Origin: Heptranchias perlo
Lineage: Eukaryota
DNA length: 64,000 nt
Assembly (NCBI RefSeq): GCF_035084215.1
Contig: NC_090356.1
Span: forward strand, 26,226,001 to 26,290,000
Reading direction: 5' to 3'
This document shows, one piece after another, positions 48,555-60,979 of this stretch. A program made the translations under genes and the position numbers. Numbering within the stretch: position 1 is the stretch's first letter; each line of letters opens with the position of its first letter. Under the pieces are notes generated by a model. It saw nothing but the letters and a program-made list of their open reading frames with translations. It made no database searches and had not been told where the DNA came from.

Positions 48555-51500
48555 TTTTTTTTTATTTGTTCATGGGATGTGGGCGATGCTAGCAAGGCCA
48601 ATATTTATTGCCCATCCCTAATTGCCCCTGAGAAGGTGGTGGTGAGCTGCCTTCTTGAACCGCTGACGTCCGTGTGGTGAAGGTTCTCCCACAGTGCTGT
48701 TAGGAAGGGAGTTCCAGGATTTTGACCCAGCGACGATGAAGGAACGGCGATATATTTCCAAGTCGGGATGGTATGTGACTTGGAGGGGAACGTGCAGGTA
48801 GTGGTGTTCCCATGTGCCTGCTGCCCTTGTCCTTCTAGGTGGTAGAGGTCGGGTTTGGGAGGTGCTGTCGAGGAAGCCTTGGCGAGTTGCTGCAGTTACA
48901 TCCTGTGGATAGTACACACTGCAGCCACAGTGCGCCGGTGGTGAAGGGAGTGAATGTTTAGGGCAGTAGATGGGGTGCCAATCAAGCGGGCTGCTTTGTC
49001 CTGGATGGTGTTGAGCTTCTTGAGTGTTGTTGGAGCTGCACTCATCCAGGCAAGTGGAGAGTACTCCATCACACTCCTGACCTGTGCCTTGTAGATGGTG
49101 GAAAGGCTTTGGGGAGTCAGGAGGTGAGTCACTCGCCGCAGAAAACCAAGCCTCTGACCTGCTCTTGTAGCCACGGTATTTATGTGGCTGGTCCAGTTAA
49201 GTTTCTGGTCAATGGTAACCCCCAGGATGTTGATGGTGGGGGATTCGGTGATGGCAATGCTGTTGAATGTCAAGGGGAGGTGGTTAGACTCTCTCTTGTT
49301 GGAGATGGTCATTGCCTGGCACTTGTCTGGCGCAAATGTTACTTGCCACTTATCAGCCCAAGCCTGGATGTTGTCCAGGTCTTGCTGCATGCGGGCTCGG
49401 ACTGCTTCGTTATCTGAGGGATTGCAAATGGAACTGAACACTGTGCAATCATCAGCGAACATCCCCATTTCTGAACTTAAGATGGAGGGAAGGTCATTGA
49501 TGAAGCAGCTAAAGATGGTTGGGCCCAGGACACTGCCCTGAGGAACTCCTGCAGCAATATCCTGGGGCTGAGATGATTGGCCTCCAACAACCACTACCAT
49601 CTTCCTTTGTGCTAGGTATGACTTCAGCCACTGGAGAGTTTTCCCCCTGATTCCCATTGACTTCAATTTTACTAGGGCTCCTTGGTGCCACACTCGGTCA
49701 AATGCTGCCTTGATGTCAAGGGCAATCACTCTCACCTCACCTCTGGAATCCAGCTCTTTTGTCCATGTTTGGACCAAGGCTGTAATGAGGTCTGCAGCCG
49801 AGTGGTCCTGGCAGAACCCAAACTGAGCATCGGTGAGCAGGTTATTGGTGAGTAAGTGCCGCTTGATAGCACTGTCGATGACACCTTCCATCACTTTGCT
49901 GATGATGGAGAGTAGACTGATGCGGCGATAATTGGCCGGATTGGATTTGTCCTGCTTTTTGTGGACAGGACATACCTGGGCAATTTTCCACATTGTTGGG
50001 TTGATGCCAGTGTTGTAGCTGTACTGGAACAGTTTGGCTAGAGGCACGGCTAGTTCTGGAGCACAAGTTTTCAGCACTACAGCCGGGATGTTGTCGGGGC
50101 CCTTAGCCTTTGTTGTATCCAGTGCACTCAGCCGTTTCTTGATATCACGTGGAGTGAATCGAATTGGCTGAAGATTGGCTTCTGTGATGGTGGGGATATC
50201 GGGAGGAGGCTGAGATGGATCATCCACTCGGCACTTCTGGCTGAAGATGGTTGCAAACGCTTCAGCCTTGTCTTTTGCATTCACGTGCTGGACTCCGCCA
50301 TCATTGAGGATGGGGATTTTTACAGAGCCTCCTCCTCCCGTTAGTTGTTTAATTGTCCACCACCATTCACGACTGGATGTGGCAGGACTGCAGAGCTTTG
50401 ATCTGATCTGCTGGTTGTGGAATCGCTTAGCTCTGTCTGTAGCATGTTTCTTCCACTGTTTAGCATGCATGTAGTCCTGTGTTGTAGCTTCACCAGGTTG
50501 GCACCTAATTTTTAGGTACGCCTGGTGCTGCTCCTGGCATGCTCTTCTACACCCCTCATTGAACCAGGGTTGATCCCCTGGCTTGTTGGTAATGGTAGAG
50601 TGAGGAATATGCCGGGCCATGAGGTTACAGATTGTGCTGGAATACAATTCTGCTGCTGCTGATGGCCCACAGTGCCTCATGGATGTCCAGTTTTGAGCTG
50701 CTAGATCTGTTCTGAATCTATCCCATTTAGCACGGTGGTAGTGCCACACAACACATTGGATGGGTGTCCTCAGCGTGAAGACAGGACTTCGCCTTCACGA
50801 GGACTGTGCGGTGGTCACTCCTACTAATACTGTCATGGACGGATGCATCTGCGACAGGTAGATTGATGAGGACGAAGTCAAGTAAGTTTTTCCCTCGTGT
50901 TGGTTCGCCCACCATCTGCCGCAGGCCCAATCTTGCAGCTGTGTCCTTCAGGACTAGGCCAGCTCAATCAGTCGTGGTGCTACCGAGCCAGTCTTGGTGA
51001 TGGACGTTGAAGTCCCCCACCCAGAGTAGATTTTGTGCCCTTGCTACCCTCAGTGCTTCCTCCAAGTAGTGCTCAACATGGAGGAGGACTGATTCATCAG
51101 CTGAGGGAGGACGGTAGGTGGTAATCAGCAAGAGGTTTCCTTGCCCATGTTTGACCTGATGCCATGAGATTTCATGGGGTCCGGAGTCAATGTTGAGGAC
51201 TCCCAGGGCCACTCCCTCCTGACTGTATATCACTGTACCGCCACCTCTGGAGGGTCTGTCCTGCCGGTGGGACAGGACATACCCAGGGATGGTGATGGAA
51301 GAGTCTGGGACGTTGGCTGAAAGATATGATTCTGTGAGTATGGCTATGTCAGGCTGTTGCTTGACTAGTCTGTGGGACAGCTCTCCCAATTTTGGCACAA
51401 ATCTCCAGATGTTAGTGAGGAGGACTTTGCAGGGTCGACTGGGCTTGGTTTGCCTTTGTCCTGTCTGGTGCCTAGTGGTCTGATGCCGGGTGGTCCGTCC

Positions 51501-51567
51501 AGTTTTATTCTTATTATGACTTTTCGTAGTGAGATTGTGCAACTGAGTGGCTTGCGAGGCCATTCCA
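48555..51567 (-). mobile_element. Second near full-length copy of the ORF1-less CR1-group LINE
   Basis: APE in ORF 50964-51563, 617-aa RT ORF 48896-50749 (GVPQGSVLGP, FADDC), frameshifts. 5' end truncated inside the SINE-like leader. Confidence 0.92.
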
Positions 51568-52509
51568 TATAATTAACAAAGCAACAACACTTCCTCCAAC
51601 TCAAATTGCAACCTCTAAGCACGTTTTCATACACAGAATGCTTCATTATCTATCTCTCCACACTTTCATTCTTATAATTTAATAAACACAGGGCCCATTG
51701 CATTGCCCTAATTACACAGTTCAAATTGAGCCATCCCAGCTACTTTTCCCTGATGATGTCACAAGATTAACTAAAAGAGTCAACAAGAACAGAGAGGAAA
51801 GAACAATGCAACAGATTATTTAAAGAGACAACCAATGTTGGCATTTGCTCCTGAATATATTGGCCCACCTTGCCTCTAATTCCTGTGGCTAGATAACCAA
51901 TATAACTCAATATAAACCAAAATCCTTTATTAAATCAATTACAATAGTTTTTCTAGCTGTCTAGATGCGTAATAAAGTTTGAACCGAAGAACATTTTGGA
52001 ACAAGAAAGGGTCATTCAGCTAATTAACCAATTCCATCCAATAGAACACAGACCGTTTGACGATTGTGAGCCCATTCCAGCCCAAATCCCTGAGATATGA
52101 ATCGCTAAAGAACAGAAAACACTAACATTTTTTTTTGTCAAACCCCAAGATATCAGTTTAACGTTTGCCTGCAATCTGACCAGTCCATTCAAAGATTGCT
52201 CATCCATAATGTAAGCAGGTTATGACCATTGTGCTTTATGCAGACCTCGGGTCTGTTCTGCGGTTCAGTGGCATTGCACCACTGTTGCATTGGTCTCTCC
52301 CATTAGCAGTCTGAGTGTGGGTAAACAAAATTCAAACAGTGCTCACAGGGTTTATCTCCGCACTTGACTTCCTCCCACATTCCTCACAGTGCCACAGTGT
52401 GGGAGGACGTTGCATGTCACAATTCTCAGTGCAGAGGTAGGTGTCATAAAATTGTCATGGTAAAAAAAACTTAAAGTTCTTGTCTGTGAGCAGGAAAATT
52501 AATGCATCT

Positions 52510-55500
52510 GTACAAGCCGGACGGGTTGCACCTCAACAGGGCCGGGACCAATATCCTTGCGGGAAGGTTTGCTGGTGCTGTTGGGGAGGGTTTAAACTAA
52601 CTTGGCAGAGGGATGGGAACCTGAGAGGAGATTCAGAAGGAAGAGTAACAAAGTTGGAAATGGAAGGCAGAAAACTAGTAAGTGAAATTGGAAGGCAGCG
52701 GAAACAAAGACCAGCAGCAAATAAGGTTAAAATAGGAAAAAATGTTAAAAAGGCAAAATTAAAGGCACTTTATCTGAATGCACACAGCATTCACAACAAG
52801 GTAGATTAATTCACGGCACAAATAGAAGTAAATGGATATGATCTAATTGCCATTACAGAGATGTGGCTGCAGGTTGACCAAAGCTGGGAACTGAATATTC
52901 AAGGATATTCGACATTTAGGAAGGACAGGTGAAAAGGAAAAGGAGGTGGGGTAGTGCTGTTAATAAAGGATGAGATCAGTACAATAGTAAGAAAGGATCT
53001 TGGCTCAGAAGATCAAGATATAGAATCAGTTTGGGTGCAGCTAAGAAACAGCAAGGGGCAGAAAACATTGGTGGGAGTTGTTTATAGGCCACCAAACAGT
53101 ATAGAATCATAGAAGTTACAACATGGAAACAGGCCCTTCGGCCTGGTATAAAACAGGAAATTAGAAGTACATGTAACAAGGGTAATGCAGTAATCATGGG
53201 GGACTTTAATCTACATATAGATTGGGCAAACCAAATTAGCACTAATACTGTGGAGGACGAATTCCTGGAATGTATACAAGATGGTTTTCTAGATCAGTAT
53301 GTTGAGGAACCAACTAGGGAACAGGCTAGTATTGTGCAATGAGAAAGGGTTAATTAATAATCTTGTGTAAAGGAGCCCTAAGGGAAGAGTGACCATAATA
53401 TGATAAAATTCTTCATTAAGTTTGAAGTGATGTAGTTCAATCCAAAACTATGGTCTTAAATCTAAACAAAGGAAACTATGAGGGTATGAGGCACAAGTTG
53501 GCTGTGGTTGATTGGGGAACTACATTAAAAGGTATGATGGTAGACAGGCAATGGCTAGCATTTAAAGAATTAATACATAATTTGCAACAAATATATATAT
53601 TCGTTTAGGACATAAAGACCCAACAGGAAAAGTGGTCCAACCGTGGCTAACAAGAGAAATTAGAGATAGTATTAAATCAAAGGAAGAGGCATATGAAGTT
53701 GCCAGAAAAAGCAGTAAACCTGAGGATTGGGAGCATTTTAGAATTTAGCAAAGGAGTACCAAGAAATTGATAAAGAAAGGGAAAATAGAATATGAGAGTA
53801 AACTAGCGAGAAACATAAAAATGGACTGTAAAAGCTTCTATAGGTATGTAAAAAGAAAAAGACTGGCAAAGGCAAATGTGGGTCCCTTATAGAGAGAGAC
53901 AGGAGAATTTATAATGGGGAATAAGGAAATGGCAGATAAATTAAACCAATACTTTGTGTCTGTCTTCATGAAAGAAGACACAAAAAACCTCCCAGAAATA
54001 TTAGAGAACCAAGGGTCTGGCGAGAATGAGGAACTGAAGGAAATTATTATTAGTACAAAAATAGTACTAGAGAAATTAATGGGACTGAAAGTTGATAAAT
54101 CCCAAGGACCTGATGATCTACATCCCAGGGTTTTGAAAGAGGTGGCTACAGAGATAGTGGATGCATTGGTTGTCATCTTTCAAAATTCTATAGATTCTGG
54201 AACAGTTCCTGCAGATTGGAGGGTAGCAAATGTAACCCCATTATTTAAGAAAGGAGGGAAGGGAGAAAACAGGGAATTACAGACCTGTTAGCCTGATATC
54301 AGTAATAGGGAAAATGCTAGAATCTATTATAAAGGATGTGGTAACAGGACACTTAGAAAATATTAATAGGATTTGGCAGAGTCAACATGGATTTATGAAA
54401 GGGAAATCATGTTTGATAAACCTATTGGAGTTCTTTGAGGATGTAACTAGCAGAATAGATAAGGGGGAACCAGTGGATGTGGTGTATTTGGATTTTCAGA
54501 ACGCTTTTGATAAGGTCCCACACAGGAGGTTGGTGAACAAAGTTAAAGCACATGAAATTGGGGGTAATATACTGGCATGGATTGAGAATTGGTTAACAGA
54601 CAGAAAACAGAGCGTAGGAATAAACGGGTCTTTTTCAGGTTGGCAGACTGTGACTGGTGGGGTACCGCAGGAATGGTGCTTGGGCCCAGCTATTCACAAT
54701 CTATATCAATGATTTGGATGAGGGAACCAAATGTAATATTTCCAAGTTTGCTGATGACACAATACAAGGTGGGAATGTGACTTGTGAGGAGGATGCAAAG
54801 AGGTTTCAAGGGGACATAGACAGGCTAAGTGAGTGGACAAGAACATGGCAGATGGAAAATAATGTGGAAAAATGTGAAGTTATCCACTTTGGTAGGAAAA
54901 ACAGAAATGCAGAGTATTTTTTAAATGGTGAGAGATTGGGAAATGTTGATGTTCAAAGGGACCTGGGTGTCCTTGTACATGAGTCACTGAAAGCTAACAT
55001 GCAAGTGCAGTAAGCAATTAGAAAGGCAAATGGTATATTGACCTTTATTACAAGAGGATTTGAGTACAGGAGTAAAGATGTCTTACTGCAATTATATAGG
55101 GCCTTGGTGAGACCACACCTGGAATACTGTGTACAATTTTGGTCTCCTTCCCGAAGAAAGGATATACTTGCCATAGAGGGAGTGCAACGAAGGTTCACCA
55201 GACTGATTCTTGGGATGGCGGGATTGTGGTATGAGGAGAGATTGAGTAGACTAGGCCTGTATTCTCTAGGGTTTAGAAGAATGAGAGGTGATCTCATTGA
55301 AATATACAAAATTCTTACGGAACTCGAGAGCGTAGATGCAAGGAGGATGTTTCCCCTGGCTGGGGATTCTAGAACCAGGGGTCACAGTCTCAGAATAAGG
55401 GGTAGGCCATTTAGAACTGAGGTGAGGAGAAATTTCTTCACTCAGAGGGTAGTGAATCTTTGGACTTCTTTACCCCAGAGGGCTGTGGAGGCTCAGTCAT

Positions 55501-55680
55501 TGAGTACATTCAAAACAGAGATTGATAGATTTCTAGATATTAAAGGCATCAAGGGATACGGGGATGGTGCAGGAAAATGGCATTGAGGTAGAAGATCAGC
55601 CATGATCTTGTTGAATGGTGGAGCAGGCTCAAGGGGCCTGATGGCCTACTCCTGCTCCTATTTCTTATGTTCTTATGTTC
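52510..55680 (+). mobile_element. CR1 LINE: end of ORF1 and nearly complete ORF2 (APE-RT), disrupted
   Basis: DGLHLN, LYLNAHSIHNK, MGDFN, SQHGF, FADD, LEYCVQFW; (ttcttatg)n tail. Multiple stops and frameshifts. Confidence 0.92.
53101..53142 (-). mobile_element. 42-bp CR1 tail of the 60980 subfamily nested in the CR1 at 52510
   Basis: atagaatcatagaagttacaacatggaaacaggcccttcggcc matches about 60987-61029. Confidence 0.8.
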
Positions 55681-56349
55681 TATACAGAAACTAAATGCCA
55701 ATGTTTCTCACTCTGTGGCATGGTTCCATGAGTATGATGACTGGCACAACAGGTTTTTCATGTTCCCTAATGTTTGGCCCCTTTTTCTCCTGAAGCTCGC
55801 CTCATCTGGAACACCATTCCATAGGCCTCATATACCTTACTCAAGTGGCCATTTTTCACATGCGAGCCTGGACTGTGTGTTATGCCAGACTATTCAGCGG
55901 TGTGGAGGGAGGGGGAAATCATGTTCAGTTGAACTGGCCCCTTCCTCACTGGAAACCCTGGCAGTAGCAATGAAGCCAAGTATAGCAACTCCCCATTGCT
56001 ACTTCTGAGACCAACTGAGGGTGCATTCACACTACGAGTTTAGCATTGGTGCAAAGTGGTTTTTATTTTACATCATTGCTAAACCTATGTAGTGTAAAGC
56101 AGGTGTTATGGCTCAAGGTGGCTCCCTCCTTCAGGGAGTCTCCCTCCAGTGTTAAGTCGGGCCCTGACACCGGATTCAATCAGCATTTACACTATGGGCG
56201 CACTGTGTGCAAGGCCCCACAGGTGATGCAGGGTCTCTGATAATTTGGTCCTAGAACTGCAAGACCACTTCACACCAATGCAACTGTAGTGTGAACGTGC
56301 CCTTACTCAATCAACACAGCCCGAGAATCACACTTCAAATAGGCCCGGC

Positions 56350-56745
56350 AACGCCTAGATTTTAAAACTTTCATCCTGGTTTTCAAATCCCTCCATGGGC
56401 CCTATCTCTGCAACCTCCTCCAGCCCTACAACCCTCCGAGATCTCTGCGCTCCTCCAATTCTGGCCTCTTGCGCATCCCCGATTTTCTTCGTTCCACCAT
56501 TGGCGGCCATGCCTTCAGCTACCCAGGCCCCTAAGCTCTGGAATTCCCTCCCTAAACCTCTACTCCTCTCTCTCCTCCTTTAAGACACTCCTTAAAACCT
56601 AACTGTTTGACCAAGCCTTTGGTCACCTGTCCTAATGTCTCCTTTTTTGGCTCGGTGTCAATTTTTGTCTGATTACACTCCTGGGAAGTGCCTTGGGACA
56701 TTTTACTACATTAAAGACACTATATAAATGCAAGTTTTTGTTGTA
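56350..56745 (+). mobile_element. L2 LINE 3' fragment
   Basis: Homologous to 43600-44015. Confidence 0.8.
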
Positions 56746-56784
56746 AGGATCACGAGCTGTATGGACAGTGCATTCATTCATTAA

Positions 56785-56863
56785 TGTGGAGATGCCGGTG
56801 ATGGACTGGGGTTGACAATTGTAAACAATTTTACAACACCAAGTTATAGTCCAGCAATTTTAT
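56785..56863. mobile_element. Short Penelope-like terminal fragment
   Basis: Near-identical to 58352-58432; flanked by direct repeat ttcattcattaa (56773-56784, 56864-56875). Confidence 0.7.
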
Positions 56864-57276
56864 TTCATTCATTAAGCCATTGGGGCGGCTGGAATACAAG
56901 CCTACAAGTTGTTTAAAGTGCTCAGCAATCCCTATGTACTTTTAAGACACTCTACTCCAACAAAACAGCATACTGCAGCCCAATTATCAAAATGTAACTG
57001 CACTTATGAGCATATGTTTCTATTGAAGTTATCAGCTCTTATTCACAGTCCACAATAACCATTATTTTCTTGTCGATTCTCTCTGAAATGGCCATTGACG
57101 GGGATTCCCAGTATAAAGAATGAAACTCACTTCAGAAATATTATAGCTTTCAACTGTCCGTTTCTTCCAGACTTGGTCCAAATCAATAGATGTGTTTTCT
57201 TTAAGTATTTTCTGTTGTAAACATTCTGAAAGTTCTTGGGTGTCACGCCAGCTTCCATCAGTTCTCCCCACACACG

Positions 57277-57653
57277 AAGCCCGAGGAGAAGAAAGCAGCT
57301 GCCAAGAAAGGCGCCAAGAAAACCTTGACTAAAGCGCCAGCAAAAGGTGGCAAGAAGCGGAGGAAGTTGAGGAAGGAGATTTACTCCATCTACATCCACA
57401 AAGTGACAAAGCAGGTTCGCCCCAACACCTGCATCTCCTCCAAGGCCACGAGTATCATGAACTCCTTTGCGAACGATGTTCACGGGCGCATCGCGGGTGA
57501 GGCTTCCAGTGGCCTGGCCCATTACGACAAACGCCGCACCAACATGTCCCAGGAGATTCAGACCGCCGCGCGCCTGCTGCTGCCCGGGGAGTTGGCCAAG
57601 CTTGCCATGTCAGAGGGACAAAGGCAGTGACCAAGTACACCAGCTCCAAGTAA
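57277..57653 (+). pseudogene. H2B: Histone H2B pseudogene
   Basis: [68 protein letters not shown]. Start codon reads AAG, 1-nt deletion near 57618, many substitutions at invariant residues, no 3' stem-loop. Confidence 0.93.
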
Positions 57654-57779
57654 AGCTCCACAATGTGCTGAAAAATACAATGGATTACTTCTGACGTGCA
57701 GTTACTATTATTACGCAGGCAACACAGCAGGTACCAAAAACAGCAAATACCAGTTAATTTATTTTCGGTTTAAGGAAGA

Positions 57780-58000
57780 ATGTTTGCCAGAAGATCTTTA
57801 ATATCCACCAAAAGTCCATGGGAAAAGGCTGACGGGACATTATTTTAACATCTCATCTGAAGGACCGCACCTCTGACAATGTGGCACTCCCTCAGTACTG
57901 CACTGGATTGTCAGCCTAGGATATTTGCTTGGTCTGGGACTTAAACCCACAACCTTCTAACTCAAGATGTGAGGGTGCTACCAGTTGAACCAAGCTGACC
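57780..58000 (-). mobile_element. Deu-domain SINE 5' part, diverged
   Basis: gcactccctcagtactgcactgga...gggacttaaacccacaacc. Confidence 0.65.
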
Positions 58001-58004
58001 GAGC

Positions 58005-58930
58005 ATGAGGTTACAGGACAAGTACGGGTGAGAAGGCCATTTGTCCCCTATTGGCTTATCTATCCAGCTAAACCTGCAATCCCCAATCACAGCATCCAAC
58101 TGTTTGTTAAATAATTCCAATATTTTTTGCCTTTCTTGTCTTATCCAGAATTCCATTCCAAATGTTGAGTAATGTTTTGTGAAAAAAATTCCAAAATTAA
58201 TCTTAATTTTGTCTATTTATAAGTTCGAACCTGTGGCCTCTTCCCCTACCATCATGGTTTAACATGAAGCTGTGTTCTGAATTTACTTTTTCGATACCAT
58301 CTCTGGTCTTATAGACCTCTGAGAATCCCTCTCTGTTGCCATTATTCAAGATGTGGAGATGCCGGTGATGGACTGGGGTTGACAATTGTAAACAATTTTA
58401 CAACACCAAGTTATAGTCCAACAAATTTATTTTTAATTCCACAAGCTTTCGGAGGCTTCCTCCTTCGTCAGGTGAACCGTTCACCTGACGAAGGAGGAAG
58501 CCTCCGATAGCTTGTGGAATTAAAAATAAATTTGTTGGACTATAACTTGGTGTTGTAAAATTGTTTACAATTGCCATTATTCAAGGCTGAAGAGTCCAAG
58601 TTTTACATAATTCAGTTGCCCTCATGCCAGCCTCGAGGCTCTTCTCTGCGGGGTCTCCAGGACTTGAATGTCTCTCTTGTGTCTTGGTGGCCAAAGGTGG
58701 ACACAATACTCAAGGTGCAGACTGAATGGAGCAGTATACAGTTTTAGTATGACATCCTCTGACTTGCATTCTCTTGATTTAGCTACATGGCTGATCATTG
58801 TATTTGCTCTGTTGATTGCTGCTTCACACTGACTGATTACGTTAAGTGCTGAATCCACTGACACCCATCGATCTCTTTCAGTGTCACCTTTTGCGAGTTG
58901 AATACCATTCATGAAGGTAGAATTAGTTGT
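58005..58930 (-). mobile_element. Old degenerate CR1 fragment hosting the Penelope-like insert
   Basis: LKLYTAPFSLHLEYCVHLWPP and GRGHRFEL translations. Confidence 0.65.
58351..58573. mobile_element. Penelope-like element remnant: inverted pseudo-LTR pair with minimal hammerhead ribozyme core
   Basis: 95-bp arms 58383-58477 / 58479-58573, one mismatch. CTGACGA-ggaggaagcctcc-GAAA core. Direct repeat ttgccattattcaag at 58336-58350 and 58571-58585. Confidence 0.8.
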
Positions 58931-59511
58931 TAGCAATGTTGTTATATGAATGTTTAAGGTACCAAATTCCTCTCACCAATGTAGGATGGAGGGGCGAACC
59001 CATTTGAAATAAACATGTTAACGTCTCTATTAAAACAATGTGGAGAGGAATTAGGTACCAGTGAGTTAAGCACTCAGACCACAGAATTGCCACCAATAAC
59101 TGCCACCCAATAGTGTGCATATGTTGCCCACTTTTTCATCCAGTGTGCAAAACCTCCCACTTATCCATAGTGACTTCACCGGTCGTGATTACAGGTTTTA
59201 CTCGTTTCTTTTTCTGCGTCCCTGGCTGCTTCATCACACTCAACTACTCCCCCTCCATGGCTTAGCGTTCTCTGTGAATTTGACTAATTTGTTTTGAGCT
59301 TCTAAATCCAAGTTGTTGATGATTAGAAACATTGTAAATCTCACCACTGATCCCATGGGCTTTCTTCCCCCATCCCAACATCAGTCCCCACTTTCTGTCC
59401 CTCCAATGAATTTCTTGTCCGTTTCCAGGTTTTGCTTGATTTTGTGCTGTTGTCAGTGTTTGTCGCAGTCTTTAATATGGAACTTTGTCAAACCTTCCGG
59501 AAATCTTTGTA

Positions 59512-59905
59512 AAGAAGAAAGAACTTCCATTGATATAGCACCTCTCACGACCTTGGGACAACTCAAAGCATCTCACATGTAATTAATTACTTATGGAAGT
59601 GCAATCACAGTTGTTGTGTGGGCAAAGCCAATTTGCACACAGCAAGATCCCAAAAGCAGAAAATGAGCTGACTGACCAGTTCAGTGGTGTTGGTTGGTGT
59701 TTGATGAATGTTGGCCAGGATACTGGGAGAATAGTATCATGGGAGCTTGTTAGGTCCAACTAAAGAGACAAATGGGGCATTGGTTAAATATCTCATCTGA
59801 ACACAGCAACTCCAACATTGCAGCTCTCCATTAATACTGCATTGAAGTGCCAGTCTAGATTGTGTGCTCAAGTGGGGTGGAGCATGACCCCATGACCTCT
59901 GACTC
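59512..59905 (-). mobile_element. Deu-domain SINE, strongly diverged
   Basis: gccaatttgcacacagcaagatccc and the tail motif. Confidence 0.55.
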
Positions 59906-60848
59906 ATGCCACATCACATGACTTTCTATAGTTCACTTGCAATGTCACTTGCTCCTCTTTCAGGTTGTAAGTAAATTGCCCCGGAACAAATCTCAGTAGC
60001 AAACCCCTTTGATTCCAGGAGTTAATGCACCACAAGGAGTGCTTTTGAATTGTATCATCTACATCGTCCCCACGTTCAACCCCTGGGCTGTGCTGAATCA
60101 GTTCCTCTCAGCTGAGGTGTCATTAGATGCTCTGCAATCGCTGTTGGTGTCCTTGGAAGAGGAAAATCAAGCAAGTTCCCAATCCTGATTGATATCCTGA
60201 GACCTCTGCTGGGAAGTATGCGTGAAGCACCTTGGGGCACATCTCTACATTAGAGGCGCTATGTAAATGCAAGTTGTTGTTGTATGGATATCAGGTGAAG
60301 ACAAGATGAGGCTCAGCTGTGATGCCCTCTATAGCTGAATAACCTACTGGGCTAGTTAGCCGGCACCGATGGAACTACACTCCAGTATGAGTCAGGGCCT
60401 TCAGATCAGTTTTCCTGATTTGAGACTGTAAGTACATAGAAACCTTTGCCATGGTGACCTATGGTTGAAATGGTTGCTCACAATCTTTTGCAGTGTTTTC
60501 TTCTGAAGTTTCACATTCCATGTAATCACAGTGGCACTAATGATTACAGAGTGACACTGCCCGACCCCAAATGCCACTCCTCAATCGACAGATAGTCTCT
60601 TTCAAATGCGGCTCTCAACCAGAAAGCCATCTGTTGCCATGGCAATGTTTCTTTACCTCTAACTCTTCCAAATATATCATGAAATTCAGTTTTGTGCCTA
60701 AATGTACAATGCTCTCGGCTGACAGGGAGTCTGTTTATTCTTACTATTGCTTTCAATTCTGTTAAAAATCCAGACAGCCAAGTGTGAAATGTTTGTAAAA
60801 ATGTTATTCAGAGTTACCGACCTCCAAATTCAATTTGTTTTCTCTCAG

Positions 60849-60900
60849 CGTGTTCCCGAGTATGGGAGGAAGGCTCAAGGAAGACATTCTCAATGTGAAG
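60849..60900 (+). other. Candidate isolated exon (52 nt)
   Basis: Acceptor aatttgttttctctcAG and consensus donor AAG|GTGAGT. Can read VFPSMGGRLKEDILNVK. Partner exons not identified. Confidence 0.45.
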
Positions 60901-60979
60901 GTGAGTGCCTTCAAGTGACAAAATGATATCATGCTTTAGCCGATGGTTAAAGGGAAAAGGTAGACCCTCCATTTTGTAA

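Noticed and set aside
56785-58573. Composite transposon carrying the H2B pseudogene between two Penelope-like direct repeats
   Set aside because: Each repeat has its own separate target duplication, and the second lies inside an old CR1, so they are independent insertions.
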